A stretch of 64,000 nucleotides of DNA from an uncultured candidate division Zixibacteria bacterium (GTDB taxonomy: Bacteria; Zixibacteria; MSB-5A5; UBA10806), in the NCBI GenBank assembly GCA_963817915.1, contig CAWFQL010000011.1, forward strand, positions 239,563-303,562, written 5' to 3'. Position 1 is the stretch's first letter. Each line of letters starts with the position of its first letter. Both the position numbers and the translations under genes were made by a program. The notes under the pieces are model-generated. The model was not told where the DNA came from. It was given only the letters and a program-made list of their open reading frames with translations, and made no database searches. Positions 40,549-51,408 of the stretch are shown in pieces.

Positions 40549-41772
40549 ATGCCTGACAAAATTTATACAATTAGCCAGATAACCAAGGAAATCAAAGAGC
40601 TACTTGAGGGGGCTTTTGTCAAGGTTTGGATCGAAGGCGAGATTTCCAATTATCTGCATCATTCATCAGGCCATCGCTATTTCACTTTGAAGGATCAAGG
40701 TGCGCAGATCAAATGTGTCATGTGGAAATGGCTCGGGAGCCATCTATTTTTCGAGCCCCAGGACGGAATGAAGGTCAAAGCCTCCGGGCAGGTAACTGTT
40801 TATGAAAAATCCGGCCAATATCAATTCGTAGTGACATCGCTTCAACCCGCCGGTATTGGCGAATTGGAGTTGGCATTCCAGCAACTAAAGAAAAAGCTTG
40901 CCGAAGAAGGGTTGTTCAGCCCTGAACATAAGATCCCGATCCCGCAATTTCCGAATCGAATCGGCGTTGTAACATCACCGACAGGCGCGGCTATAAGAGA
41001 TATATTGAATATCACCAGACGTCGCGCTCCCTGGGTAGAAATAATTATCTGGCCAGTGGCGGTGCAGGGAGAGGGAGCGTCGGCTCAGATTGCCCATGCC
41101 ATAAATGGGTTCAATAGATATAAGAATGTCGATGTCCTCATAGTTGGGCGCGGCGGCGGATCGCTTGAGGATTTATGGGCATTCAATGAAGAGATAGTCG
41201 CCCGCGCGATTTATGAGTCCGAGTTGCCGGTGATATCGGCAGTGGGGCACGAAATAGATTTCTCGATAGCGGATTTCGTGGCGGATTTGCGCGCTCCGAC
41301 ACCATCGGCGGCGGCGGAGATTGCGGTTCCCGATACGGCGGCATTGCTTTCTCAAATTCGGGAATACAATGACGGCATGGTTGCGGCTATGGCGAGCATG
41401 ATCAATCTGCAAAACGAAAGACTGCATAATATTGTCTCGCGATATGGCCTGAAACGTCCGCTCGAGATAATCACCGCCAGAGCCCAAAGGCGCGATGAAT
41501 TAAGTCATCTTTTGAATATTCACATGGGCCATCGCATGGAACGTTTGAAAACCAGATCACAATCTATTTTCGAGAAGCTGGAGATTGTATCGCCGAAAGC
41601 TGTTATGGGACGGGGATATTCTTATTGCCGCGATGAAAAGGGAGCGGCGGTCAAAAGCTTCAGGCAGGTTGCGATTGACGATAAGGTAGAGGTTGTATTA
41701 TATGATGGAGGCTTTCAATCGAGGGTGACCAAGATTGAGCCGGATATATTGAAAAGCAGGAAAGGTGGGTGA
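40549..41772 (+). CDS. xseA: Exodeoxyribonuclease VII large subunit
   Basis: EGEISN..SGH.YFTLKD, RGGGSLEDLWAFN, SAVGHEID, APTPSAAAE. Confidence 0.96.
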   Translation: MPDKIYTISQITKEIKELLEGAFVKVWIEGEISNYLHHSSGHRYFTLKDQGAQIKCVMWKWLGSHLFFEPQDGMKVKASGQVTVYEKSGQYQFVVTSLQPAGIGELELAFQQLKKKLAEEGLFSPEHKIPIPQFPNRIGVVTSPTGAAIRDILNITRRRAPWVEIIIWPVAVQGEGASAQIAHAINGFNRYKNVDVLIVGRGGGSLEDLWAFNEEIVARAIYESELPVISAVGHEIDFSIADFVADLRAPTPSAAAEIAVPDTAALLSQIREYNDGMVAAMASMINLQNERLHNIVSRYGLKRPLEIITARAQRRDELSHLLNIHMGHRMERLKTRSQSIFEKLEIVSPKAVMGRGYSYCRDEKGAAVKSFRQVAIDDKVEVVLYDGGFQSRVTKIEPDILKSRKGG

Positions 41773-41776
41773 AACC

Positions 41777-42118
41777 ATGATCAACCGTATCGAAGGCAAA
41801 TTGTATTATTCGATCTCGGAAGTGGCCGATATGGCGGGAGTCGAGCCGTATGTGCTTCGGTTCTGGGAAAAGGAATTCCCTCACCTCAGACCCAAGAAAA
41901 ACCGCGCCGGAAACCGTACCTATCAGCCGAAGGATATAGAGCGGATTATGAAAATCAAGAAACTGCTCTACGAGGAAGGGTATACTATCGATGGCGCCCG
42001 CAATTTCCTCAGACGCGACGGCGGACAGGTCGAAATCAACATGAAAGATGTTCAGACAAAACATCAACTTAGAGAAATCAGGCTGGAATTGGAGAAGATC
42101 CTCAGACTTTTCCCTTGA
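41777..42118 (+). CDS. MerR-family HTH regulator
   Basis: KLYYSISEVA, VLRFWEKEF..L.P.K...R.Y, LLYEEGYTI.GA; upstream of tRNA-Pro. Confidence 0.9.
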   Translation: MINRIEGKLYYSISEVADMAGVEPYVLRFWEKEFPHLRPKKNRAGNRTYQPKDIERIMKIKKLLYEEGYTIDGARNFLRRDGGQVEINMKDVQTKHQLREIRLELEKILRLFP

Positions 42119-42205
42119 TTTGACAGCATCTTTGATTATTTTGGAATTAATTCGGTCGGTTTTTGAAAATGGCCAAATTAGCCGACTGTAAAAGTAATTT
42201 TTTCT

Positions 42206-42234
42206 GTAAGGGCGGGTTTCAAACCCGCTCCTAC
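42206..42234 (-). repeat. GTAG-type REP palindrome
   Basis: Reverse complement GTAGGAGCGGGTTTGAAACCCGCCCTTAC. Confidence 0.7.
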
Positions 42235-42290
42235 GAAACCCTATGTCGGGTTCAACAACTATAGTAGAACCGGCATATTTAGGATCAAAT

Positions 42291-42368
42291 CGGGGCGTAG
42301 CGCAGCCTGGTTAGCGCACTTGCTTGGGGTGCAAGTGGTCGGCCGTTCAAATCGGCTCGCCCCGACCA
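42291..42368 (+). tRNA. tRNA-Pro(GGG)
   Basis: CGGGGCG/CGCCCCG acceptor stem, CTTGC-TTGGGGT-GCAAG anticodon arm, GTTCAAATC T-loop, CCA. Confidence 0.96.
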
Positions 42369-42407
42369 TTAAATTGATAATTAAAGCGCAAACCTGATAT
42401 AAGTCTC

Positions 42408-42577
42408 GTAGAGACATGCCATGCATGTCTCTACCGTAAATATCACGAAATTTCATTTCATCAACGCAAAAATGCGCCGATAAATTAGCTGTAGGCCTGG
42501 TCTTATTTGATGCGCGTTAGGGCTCGCCCTGACCGCAAACAAGGGCGGGATGCGGTCACGGCATGCCGTGACTCGCA
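42408..42577. repeat. Cluster of REP-like palindromes
   Basis: GTAGAGACATGC-CAT-GCATGTCTCTAC (42408-42434); inverted pair of TGCGGTCA..TGACnCGCA elements (42511-42537, 42551-42577). Confidence 0.75.
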
Positions 42578-42632
42578 GGAAAAATATATATTTGATAAAC
42601 ATAAATTCTAAATATTTCTCTGGAGGGACTAA

Positions 42633-43746
42633 ATGGCTGTAATGATGGAAGTTTTGGAATGGGTTGACATGGCGGGTTCCGACATGATTCACCGTATACC
42701 GGAATCAGGTTCTCTCGATATCAAGGCCGGCGCGCAGTTGATTGTCAGGGATTCGCAGTCGGCAGTATTTTTCAAGTCCGGGAAGGGGTCATGATGTCCT
42801 TGGCCCGGGACGACATACATTGACATCATTGAATGTCCCGATCTTGACCCGAACGTTATCATTGCCTTGGGGTTTCAAATCACCTATCAGATGCGAAGTT
42901 TACTTCATCAATCATAAGGTATTCACCAATCTAAAATGGGGAACGCGCGATCCTGTAGCATTCCGCGATAAGGAATTGGGCCTTGTTCGTCTGCGCGGTT
43001 ATGGTGTTTATACCTGCAGAATCGTTGAGCCGCTGCTTTTCATCAATAGCCTTGTGGGCCGCCAATCGGCCTATTCGACCGATGATATATCCAATTATCT
43101 GCGCGATGTAATCGTGGCGCGGGTCAATGATCTATTCGGCGAAAAGCTCGAAACAATTTTCGATCTGCCAAAGCAATATGACTCATTGGCGTTGGAAATT
43201 AAGAATAAAATTTCGAATGAATTTTCGAAGTACGGTCTCGAGCTTTTGGATTTCTATATCACCTCGATTACGCCGCCAGATGAAGTCCAGAAAATGATCG
43301 ATGAAAAGTCATCGATGAAAGCTGTGGGCGATTTGGATAATTTTCTTAAATATTCGCTGGCCAAGGCGATGTCATCAGGCGGAAGTGCGGCGCAATCTGG
43401 CGCAGGCCTCGGAATGGGCGCGGGCATCGGCCTGATGGTACCGGCCATGCTAACCAACGCCTTTTCTCCGAATGATCTCGATCTCAAAAAAGAATCGTTG
43501 CCGACAATCACCTGCCCCAAATGCGGTATTGATACGCCGCAGAATTCTCGTTTCTGCTATAAATGCGGCAACCAGATGGTGGCGACCAATCGTTGCCCCG
43601 AATGCAGCGCGGATTTATCATCCGACGCCAAATTCTGCCATATTTGCGGCAAAAAGCTCGATGAAAAGGTAACTTGTGCCAAATGCGGGACTAAATTGCC
43701 GTCGGGGTCGAAATACTGCACAAATTGCGGGGAAAAGACAGAGTAA
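42633..43746 (+). CDS. SPFH/Band7 (YdjI-like) protein with C-terminal zinc ribbons (extra G near 42787)
   Basis: GGAGG then ATG at 42633; AQLIVRDSQSAVF, GPGRHTL, KWGT.DP; six CxxC motifs. Confidence 0.85.
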
Positions 43747-43757
43747 GTCAACTTAGG

Positions 43758-45151
43758 ATGGCAAGTTATCAAACCAAGTTCAATTGCCCCGGATGCGGCT
43801 CAGCGACTCCAAACCGCTGAGGGCGCCATAAGCACGCGCTGTTCATTTTGCGGCCTAATCATGCGTCTGGGATCGCCTGGCCGAATCTTAAAGTATTATT
43901 ACGATTGTAAGCTTGATGATTTCGGGGCAAAATTCGCTGTCGAGAAATATCTGAAATCAAACGGACTTTCGTTGATCATTCAGCGAAGTGGGCAGGCAAT
44001 TGTATTATCTACCATTTTATAGATTCTGGGGAATGTCATACTCGCTCTTTACCAAATCCACAACGATTGAAATTGAATCCGAGACCGATCTGCCATTGCC
44101 GCCCAAACGAGAAATCGAGCAGAAATGCAGAGCCTTCGATCTGACTGTGCCTGCATTCGATGAAAAATCATTCGGGCTTGAAAGCCTCGGTGTCAGGCCC
44201 GAAGTGGTGCCGCTGATAGCATTTCAGAAGGGGAATATGCCACAAAATTCGAGACTGCTCGATATTACGATCAATCCCGAATCCGCCAAAAGAACATCGA
44301 TGGGTTTTTTCTATTACAATCAGGGTAATACCGATGGCCGCGAGGAGCATGTGACATCGGAGATGATCGGCGAAGGATTGTCGGTAATTTACTATCCGGT
44401 CTGGGCATATTCTATAGCCAGAGATAGCATGGAAAGTACCCTTTTTATCGATGGACTGGCGAAACGGGTTATAAATGAGATTGCCGAAGCATTCGAAAAT
44501 TCCCCCAAGGGCAAGGATGAAAGCACTGCGACCGAATTGAATCCGGTACAGCATAAATGCCCCAATTGCGGATTCGATTTGCCGATCTCGGATTCGTCGC
44601 TGTTTTATCATTGTAGTAATTGCGACCATTCATATTTAATAAAAGACGATGGCTATCAAAGCGCGGAAACATTATCATCAGTAAATGAGCAGGGAAGCAG
44701 TTATTATCCATTCTGGAGATTCCCATTTTCTACAGGGGCGAAAATCAAGACTGTGGCCGAGTTTTCCAAAATTTTGCCCGGCGAGATTCCGCTGATAGCG
44801 AAAAATAAGGCGCAAAATATATTCTATTTATATTCCCCTGCATTCAAAATCGCCGATCTCAGGTCGTTGACCGCGCGAGGAATCCGGCTTTGCAATATGC
44901 AGCCGATTTTAGAAATAGAAAAAGCGCCAGTAGTTCCGGCCGCCGAAATGGTTCTGCCAGAAAGCGAAGGCAAGGAATTGGTCAGATTTTACTGGAATTC
45001 CATGCGAATCAAATATAAATTCCTCGATAATGATATCTATAATTTCGATAAAAGCCTTGTCGGGGCCGGAGAGCTTATCTGGCTCACGATGGATTCCATA
45101 ACCAGCAACGTGACCCCATTAAATAGAGCGCAAACCGGTTTACATGCCTGA
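43758..45151 (+). CDS. Zinc-ribbon protein, YdjG-like (frameshifts near 43805 and 43985)
   Basis: N-terminal CPGCG and CSFCG in shifted frames; YYLPFYRF, YYPVW, CPNCG..CSNC, YPFWRF. Confidence 0.6.
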
Positions 45152-46050
45152 ACAAAAAATATTAGTAATCGATATAGGCACCAATTCAGTCCTGGCATTG
45201 CTGGCAGTCGTTAAGGACGGCAAGCTTGTAATAATCTCCGATCAAAAAAAGACGACAAAGCTCGGCGAGGGTCTAATGATGTCTGGTCTGCTTTCTTATG
45301 ACGCCATGAACCGCACGACCGATGCTATTTCGAAATTTATTGCCGATTCGCCATGCAATGATATCATGCTGATAGGTACTGAGGCTCTAAGAATCGCCAA
45401 AAACTCTCCTGATTTTGCTCAAATGCTTTTTGAAAAGACCGGCCAAATGCTATCAATTATTTCCGGTGAAATTGAGGCTGAGCTGTCATATCTAGGTGCG
45501 ACTTATGATTTTAATAAACTTACAGGATGATGTTTTACTAATCGATGTCGGCGGGGGATCGACAGAACTTGTCCGGGCTCTAAATGGTATTATAAAGATT
45601 ACTAAAAGTATACCATTGGGAGCCCTAAAGCTCAAGGAATTGGCGAAAGAGGATTCTCTGGACGCCTATATCGCTATTGCCCAAAGAGCGTTCGCAAATA
45701 ATTTGCAGAATTTAGAAATGGGAACTGAAACTTTGATCATATCGACCGGTGGCACAATTACATCGCTGGCCGCAATATTTCAAAATCAGATGGAGTATGA
45801 TTCCCATGCAATACATGGAATAATATTGCAGTTAGCTCAGATAAGAAAGATTGCCGATTTATTCCAGTCAAATGATACCGAGAAAAAGCGAAAACTTATA
45901 CCATTTGATCCAGATCGAGCCGATATAATTCTGCCCGGCGCGGGAATATACTTGACCCTGATGGGTATATTGAACAAGAAAGAGTTGGCGGTTTCGACTG
46001 GCGGCCTTAGATTCGGCGCGGCGCTTAATCCTGGGAAAATAACAGCTTGA
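45144..46050 (+). CDS. Ppx/GppA-family phosphatase, short form (frameshift near 45520)
   Basis: IDIGTNS, TEALRIAKN, ISGEIEA, DVGGGSTE, RADII. Confidence 0.88.
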
Positions 46051-46156
46051 CATTGAATCTAATTATGGTAAATTTATCGCCAGCAGGAGGACGCCTATTC
46101 AATATTGCTAAAGTGTTGTGCGAAAAGAATAAAAAATCAAACTTAATAGGCGGCCT

Positions 46157-46627
46157 ATGTATTTTCCCAAGACCATCCTGATAATATTTATAATTATATT
46201 GCCATTATTTATTTCCTGTGGAATCGGAAGCGATTCAAATCCGATTACGACTTCAATGGTGGATACGCCAGCGTTTGAAAATATTCCAATTTTATCCAAC
46301 GTATTAACCCCGGATTCTATTAGTCGTGTTTCCCCGGAAACAACTTATATATTTGCGGATGCGCATAATACTCATGATTTTGGAAGAATCGATACAGTCT
46401 ATTTTATTGTGACGAGACCGGACAGTACTTCTAATGGAATCGCTTTTCTGCTTCATGACGATGGTCTTCATGGCGATTCATTGATGGGGGATGGCAGATT
46501 TACATTGGGCATCCAATTGCAGAGTCCAACTCCACCTCCGCCCGGCCGTTACGAATTTACATTTACCGCTAAGAATTCATTGGGCTTCTACGCGGAGCCT
46601 GTAATGAAAGTTATAATCATATATTAA
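46157..46627 (+). CDS. Lipoprotein with LxDDG..GD...DG.FT (choice-of-anchor X-like) domain
   Basis: Hydrophobic signal ending FISC; LHDDGLHGDSLMGDGRFT. Confidence 0.6.
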   Translation: MYFPKTILIIFIIILPLFISCGIGSDSNPITTSMVDTPAFENIPILSNVLTPDSISRVSPETTYIFADAHNTHDFGRIDTVYFIVTRPDSTSNGIAFLLHDDGLHGDSLMGDGRFTLGIQLQSPTPPPPGRYEFTFTAKNSLGFYAEPVMKVIIIY

Positions 46628-46635
46628 GGACGAAT

Positions 46636-48129
46636 ATGAGAAAAACCGTATTTTTAATTATTCTGCTTTTTCCCGCATTAGTCTTGGCGGAAAAAACAAT
46701 TACACTTGATGGTGGAGTCTCCGGGCTGACATCGAATTCGCTTATCGATATCGCGCATGATTCTTCGTCGGTCTGGCTTGGCACCGGCGGCGGCGCATCG
46801 GTAACAACAGATAGTGGAGCTCACTGGACAACCTATAAAACTCCTACGCTGCCTCAGGATGAAGTCTCAGCCCTCGCCGTTAATAATCACGGTGTCTGGG
46901 TATCAAGCTCTCGTTCGGAGGTCAGAAACAGCGAATCAATTCCGATTGGTTCCGGAATATCATTGACAGTTGATGGCGGCCTGACATGGCAGACATTCTC
47001 CCCAAGGCAGGCTACCTGGTACGGTGAGCTGGCATATGATCTGGCGGCCTACGATACAATAGCATTTGCTTCATGCTTTTACGGCGGACTGATCAGAACC
47101 ACTGATAAGGGTCAGACGTGGCAGAATCTTTTTCCGTCACAGCTCGATTCCATTAATTCCGATTCGGTAGATTATTATTTAAATAATTTCAACCGTTACT
47201 CGAATAGAATGTTTTCTGTACAGGTAGATACAATTGGATTTCCGGATACCTTTTCGGTTTGGGCAGGTTCCGCGGCAGGGATATATCAATTCTTTTTCGT
47301 AGACCATGACACATTACCGGGCCCTCGCCATTATCCGACTTATCCCGATTCGATCGCGCGTTATTTCCGCGAAGATACATTGGTAGTGGATAGTCTCAAG
47401 CTGCCGGGCAATTTTGTAGTCGCATTAGGTATTCAGAAATTTGGCTCGACCAAAACCATCTGGGCGGGCTGTCGTCCGGCGAATTCAGGATACATGCAGG
47501 TGGCATTCTCGCAGGATGGCGGTCATAATTGGCATACCGCGGATATCGGCGGACTCACGAGCAGTGTCGAGGCATGGGATTTCGCGTTTGCGTCCGATAC
47601 GGTGTATGTCGCGACCAATAGCGGTCTTTTTAGATCATCAGGTGATTATTCCACCTGGGTGTTAATGTCCGGTTTCAGAGATCCGGCGCATCAAACATTC
47701 TATCAGGATAATGCCCCATTCTATTCAGTAGATATTGTTGACGGCACTTTATGGGCGGGCGGCACCGATGGCTTGATTAAATCCGAGGCTGGCGGAGGCT
47801 GGCAGGTATTCAGGTCGAGCCGCGATGCGGTCAATCATTACGCTTACCCGTCGCCATTCTCGCCGCACAATTCAACCAGAAGGGGCACCACGATTCACTT
47901 TATGCCGACTTCAACCACGACCGCCACTGTAAAGGTATTGGATCGGAATCTCGATCTCGTAAAGACCGTAGCATCGGATATACAGCGATTAGGCGGCGTA
48001 GAATCGGACGATATTGTCTGGGACGGCCGCAATGAAAAAGGAGATCTCGTGGCTAACGGCATTTATTACTATCGAATATTGCTTGGCACCGGCGAAGATC
48101 TCTGGGGAAAGATTGTGGTGATAAAATGA
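46636..48129 (+). CDS. Secreted beta-propeller protein with C-terminal FlgD-Ig/CTD-like domain
   Basis: Signal peptide; Asp-box repeats (TTDSGAHW, TVDGGLTW, TTDKGQTW, SQDGGHNW); C-terminal YPSPFSP...WDGRNEKG..VANGIYYY. Confidence 0.8.
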   Translation: MRKTVFLIILLFPALVLAEKTITLDGGVSGLTSNSLIDIAHDSSSVWLGTGGGASVTTDSGAHWTTYKTPTLPQDEVSALAVNNHGVWVSSSRSEVRNSESIPIGSGISLTVDGGLTWQTFSPRQATWYGELAYDLAAYDTIAFASCFYGGLIRTTDKGQTWQNLFPSQLDSINSDSVDYYLNNFNRYSNRMFSVQVDTIGFPDTFSVWAGSAAGIYQFFFVDHDTLPGPRHYPTYPDSIARYFREDTLVVDSLKLPGNFVVALGIQKFGSTKTIWAGCRPANSGYMQVAFSQDGGHNWHTADIGGLTSSVEAWDFAFASDTVYVATNSGLFRSSGDYSTWVLMSGFRDPAHQTFYQDNAPFYSVDIVDGTLWAGGTDGLIKSEAGGGWQVFRSSRDAVNHYAYPSPFSPHNSTRRGTTIHFMPTSTTTATVKVLDRNLDLVKTVASDIQRLGGVESDDIVWDGRNEKGDLVANGIYYYRILLGTGEDLWGKIVVIK

Positions 48130-49115
48130 ACAAAATAAAATATATAATAGCGATTATCGCCCTGATGTTCTCTATAAGCCATGCCGACGGCGATGGCGGC
48201 ACCGCGGGTGCATTTTTGAATGGCGGAATTGGAGCCAGGCCGCTTGGAATGGGTCGGGCATTTACGGCGGTTGCCGAGGGACCTGAGGCCACCTATTACA
48301 ATCCTGCCGGATTGGGGTTTCTGGTAAAGCCGACCTTAAGCATGACCTATCAGACTCTATCATTAGACCGGCATTATGGATTTGTGGCTGTCTCATTCCC
48401 GATAAAGAATGAAGCCGCGATGGGGCTAAGCTGGATTAACAGCGGCATATCAAATGTTACCGGCAGAGGCGAATCACAGCAATTGATTGGCGATATCAAA
48501 AACCATCAGAACGCTTTTGGAGTCTCATTTTCCAAGGCGATCAGGGAATACTTTTCATTTGGAGCCAGCCTTCATTATTTCCAGGAAAAATATGATATAA
48601 TCGACGCGTTTACTATCGGTTTCGATGCCGGGATTCTCGTAAAACCGCACAAAATGCTGACAATTGGCGCGGTGGTCAAAAATGCGGGTTCGAATTATAA
48701 ATGGGATAGCAGTAAGTACTGGAGTAATGGGACATCCTACGATGAAAAAATCCCTATCACCTTTAATATAGGCGCGGCGGGAAATCTATTATCAGAAACC
48801 TTGATTCCTGTTATTGAGCTTGAAAAAAACACCAAGCAGAGTGCACGTTTCAGAATGGGCGCGGAGTATTGGTTTGTAAAGAAGATTATTGTCAGGGTTG
48901 AAGACGAATATGAAGAAGGAAAATTCAACAATGTTGAACGGAACGTCAGATGGGCAGGATTGCGCGCGGGAGTCGACAGAGGCGAGCCTACCTTCGGAGC
49001 ATCGTATATTCATCAAATCAATAATAATCTTTCATTGGCAATAGAATACGCTTACGTGCTCGGAAGGGAAGATACGCCGGGCGGACATCTTTTCACCTTA
49101 AATATCGGTTTTTAG
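48126..49115 (+). CDS. PorV/PorQ-family outer-membrane beta-barrel
   Basis: FL..GIGARPLGMGRAF.AVA....TYYNPAGL; C-terminal F. Confidence 0.82.
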   Translation: MNKIKYIIAIIALMFSISHADGDGGTAGAFLNGGIGARPLGMGRAFTAVAEGPEATYYNPAGLGFLVKPTLSMTYQTLSLDRHYGFVAVSFPIKNEAAMGLSWINSGISNVTGRGESQQLIGDIKNHQNAFGVSFSKAIREYFSFGASLHYFQEKYDIIDAFTIGFDAGILVKPHKMLTIGAVVKNAGSNYKWDSSKYWSNGTSYDEKIPITFNIGAAGNLLSETLIPVIELEKNTKQSARFRMGAEYWFVKKIIVRVEDEYEEGKFNNVERNVRWAGLRAGVDRGEPTFGASYIHQINNNLSLAIEYAYVLGREDTPGGHLFTLNIGF

Positions 49116-49119
49116 ATTT

Positions 49120-50031
49120 ATGAAAAAATATGCCATTTTGATAATCCTGATTTTGATTTATGCAAGCCCGATTTGCTATTCGGCCGGAGGGCTTAGCTCA
49201 TTCGAATTTATGCTGCTTGGGCCGGGTTCACGAGCGTCGGGCATGGGTGAGGCTTTTACCGCTCTCGGAGGGGACGCCGGCGCGCCATATTTCAATCCGG
49301 CATCCGGTTGCTTCATTGATAGAACCGAATTTCAATTGACGCATTTGATTTATCTTCAGGATTTTACGATGGATCAATTCTCGGTTGCCAGCAAATTGGG
49401 CGAATATCATTATGGCATAAATCTGCAATTAGGCAAAATCAGCGATTTCGCTCGAAGGTCAGATTATCCCAGCGCTGAACCGTTGGGATATTTCAGCGAG
49501 CATAATTTTGTCGCCTCTTTCCTGGCATCATATCCGGTTTCGCCGGAAATATTAATCGGGGGCGCGTTCAAATATGCCTACGAGAAGCTCGACCTGGAAA
49601 GCGCCGGCGCGATCGCGTTCGATTTAGGCTCGATTTACAAGCTTACTCCCGAAATCAATGTTGGCCTGTCGATTCGCAATTTGGGGACAAAGCCGAAATT
49701 CGCAAATATAGCTTATGACCTGCCGCGCGAATTGCGCGTTGGAGTATCTTATACCGTACTCAATAATTCGGCATTCAATGGTTCGTCGGTGGCGGCCGAT
49801 GTTGTTTTTCCTAAATGGGGCAATGGAAAAACCAAATTGGATATCGGGGCGGAATATGATTACACAAATATGTTTTTTGCCCGCGCGGGGTATCAATTCG
49901 GTTACGATTCCAAAAGCTTTTCCATCGGCGGCGGGATAAATTACCAAAAATTCAGCTTTGATTACTCATTTGTGCCATTCTCGAATGAGCTATCAAATTC
50001 GCACAGGTTTTCACTTCGCGCCAAATTATAG
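49120..50031 (+). CDS. PorV/PorQ-family outer-membrane beta-barrel
   Basis: GSRASGMGEAFTA...YFNPA, FDYSF, SHRFSL. Confidence 0.85.
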   Translation: MKKYAILIILILIYASPICYSAGGLSSFEFMLLGPGSRASGMGEAFTALGGDAGAPYFNPASGCFIDRTEFQLTHLIYLQDFTMDQFSVASKLGEYHYGINLQLGKISDFARRSDYPSAEPLGYFSEHNFVASFLASYPVSPEILIGGAFKYAYEKLDLESAGAIAFDLGSIYKLTPEINVGLSIRNLGTKPKFANIAYDLPRELRVGVSYTVLNNSAFNGSSVAADVVFPKWGNGKTKLDIGAEYDYTNMFFARAGYQFGYDSKSFSIGGGINYQKFSFDYSFVPFSNELSNSHRFSLRAKL

Positions 50032-50161
50032 ATAATCCGGCGATAATCTTTTTATTCTAAAGCGACGCGAATCGCCTATTTTTCCGTTGACCATAGTATA
50101 TCAAAACCTATAAATTCAGTCGGCTGAGTTGTTCTTTTTAACATGAAACAAGGAGAGGCTG

Positions 50162-51280
50162 ATGGCGAAATACAAAATCGCCTGGATGCCAGGTGATGGT
50201 GTCGGGAAAGACGTATTGGATGCGGCTAAAATTGTATTAGATAAAATAAAATTGGATGCTGATTATATACCGGCTGAGATAGGTTGGGAAAGTTGGTGCA
50301 AGGAAGGAAATCCGCTCCCGGATAAAACTATTCAGATTTTAAAGAGCACGACCTGTGCACTTTTCGGAGCTATTACATCGAAACCGAAGGAGGAAGCCGA
50401 AGCGGAGCTCGTGCCCGAATTACAGGGCAAGGGTTTGGTTTACACATCGCCAATTGTTAAGTTGAGACAATTATTCAACCTCAGAACTAATCTTCGCCCC
50501 TGCAAGGCTTACTCCGGCAATCCACTGAATTTTAAAGACGATATCGATCTAACCGTTTTCAGGGAAAACACGGAAGATTTGTATGCCGGTGTGGAGTTCT
50601 TCCCCTTGCCCGATGAGGTCAGAGCCGCAATCAAAAAGCATAATTCCAAAATGAGTCGTTTCGATTGGTCGCCTGCGGATAAGATTGCTATTTCATGTCG
50701 TATTGTCACCGAGAAGGCATGTGAGAATATTGTCCACGATGCTTTTGAGTACGCCAAAAAATACGGCAAGAAATCCGTGACTGTTGTCGAAAAACCAAAT
50801 GTCATCAGGGAGACATCGGGTCTAATGGTCCGCACTGCCCGCAAAGTCGCTAAGGATTATCCTGACATCCCAATGTGGGAGACCAACATCGATGCCATGT
50901 GCATGTGGCTACTTAAAAATCCCAATGATTACTCCGTGCTGGTTACAACTAATATGTTCGGCGATATAATTTCCGATCTGGCAGCTCAACTTGTTGGCGG
51001 TCTCGGTTTTGCCAGCAGTGGCAATATCGGCGACAATTATGCTGTCTTCGAACCGACCCATGGCTCGGCTCCGAAATATGCCGGCAAATACAAGGTCAAT
51101 CCGATGGCGACTCTATTGACCGTAAAACTTATGCTCGATTGGCTTGGCGAATCCAGCTACGCGGAAAAACTCGAAAAGGCTATCGGGAACGTGATCAAGG
51201 AAGGCAAGGTTCGTACATATGATATGGGAGGGGAAGATTCAACACTCGATATGGCGAAGGCCGTAGCGTCCAAAATGTAG
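50162..51280 (+). CDS. Isocitrate/isopropylmalate/homoisocitrate dehydrogenase family enzyme
   Basis: PGDGVG, LRQ..NL..NLRP, RENTEDLY, NMFGDIISD, FEPTHGSAPKYAG. Confidence 0.9.
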   Translation: MAKYKIAWMPGDGVGKDVLDAAKIVLDKIKLDADYIPAEIGWESWCKEGNPLPDKTIQILKSTTCALFGAITSKPKEEAEAELVPELQGKGLVYTSPIVKLRQLFNLRTNLRPCKAYSGNPLNFKDDIDLTVFRENTEDLYAGVEFFPLPDEVRAAIKKHNSKMSRFDWSPADKIAISCRIVTEKACENIVHDAFEYAKKYGKKSVTVVEKPNVIRETSGLMVRTARKVAKDYPDIPMWETNIDAMCMWLLKNPNDYSVLVTTNMFGDIISDLAAQLVGGLGFASSGNIGDNYAVFEPTHGSAPKYAGKYKVNPMATLLTVKLMLDWLGESSYAEKLEKAIGNVIKEGKVRTYDMGGEDSTLDMAKAVASKM

Positions 51281-51408
51281 TCCGGCATTTAATTAGCGGA
51301 GTCATTTTGGTGTTCGCCAATTGAAGAGTTGAATACTTTATTTCTGTCTTTAGTTATTGGGGTTCGCGCGACTCAGAAAGCTATTCATAACATTATGGGA
51401 AATTCCTC

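Noticed and set aside
40549..41772. xseA without adjacent xseB
   Set aside because: The two genes are often unlinked, so absence here is uninformative
42291..42368. tRNA-Pro or tRNA-Val as an integration site
   Set aside because: No integrase nearby and no duplicated tRNA 3' end noticed in the window
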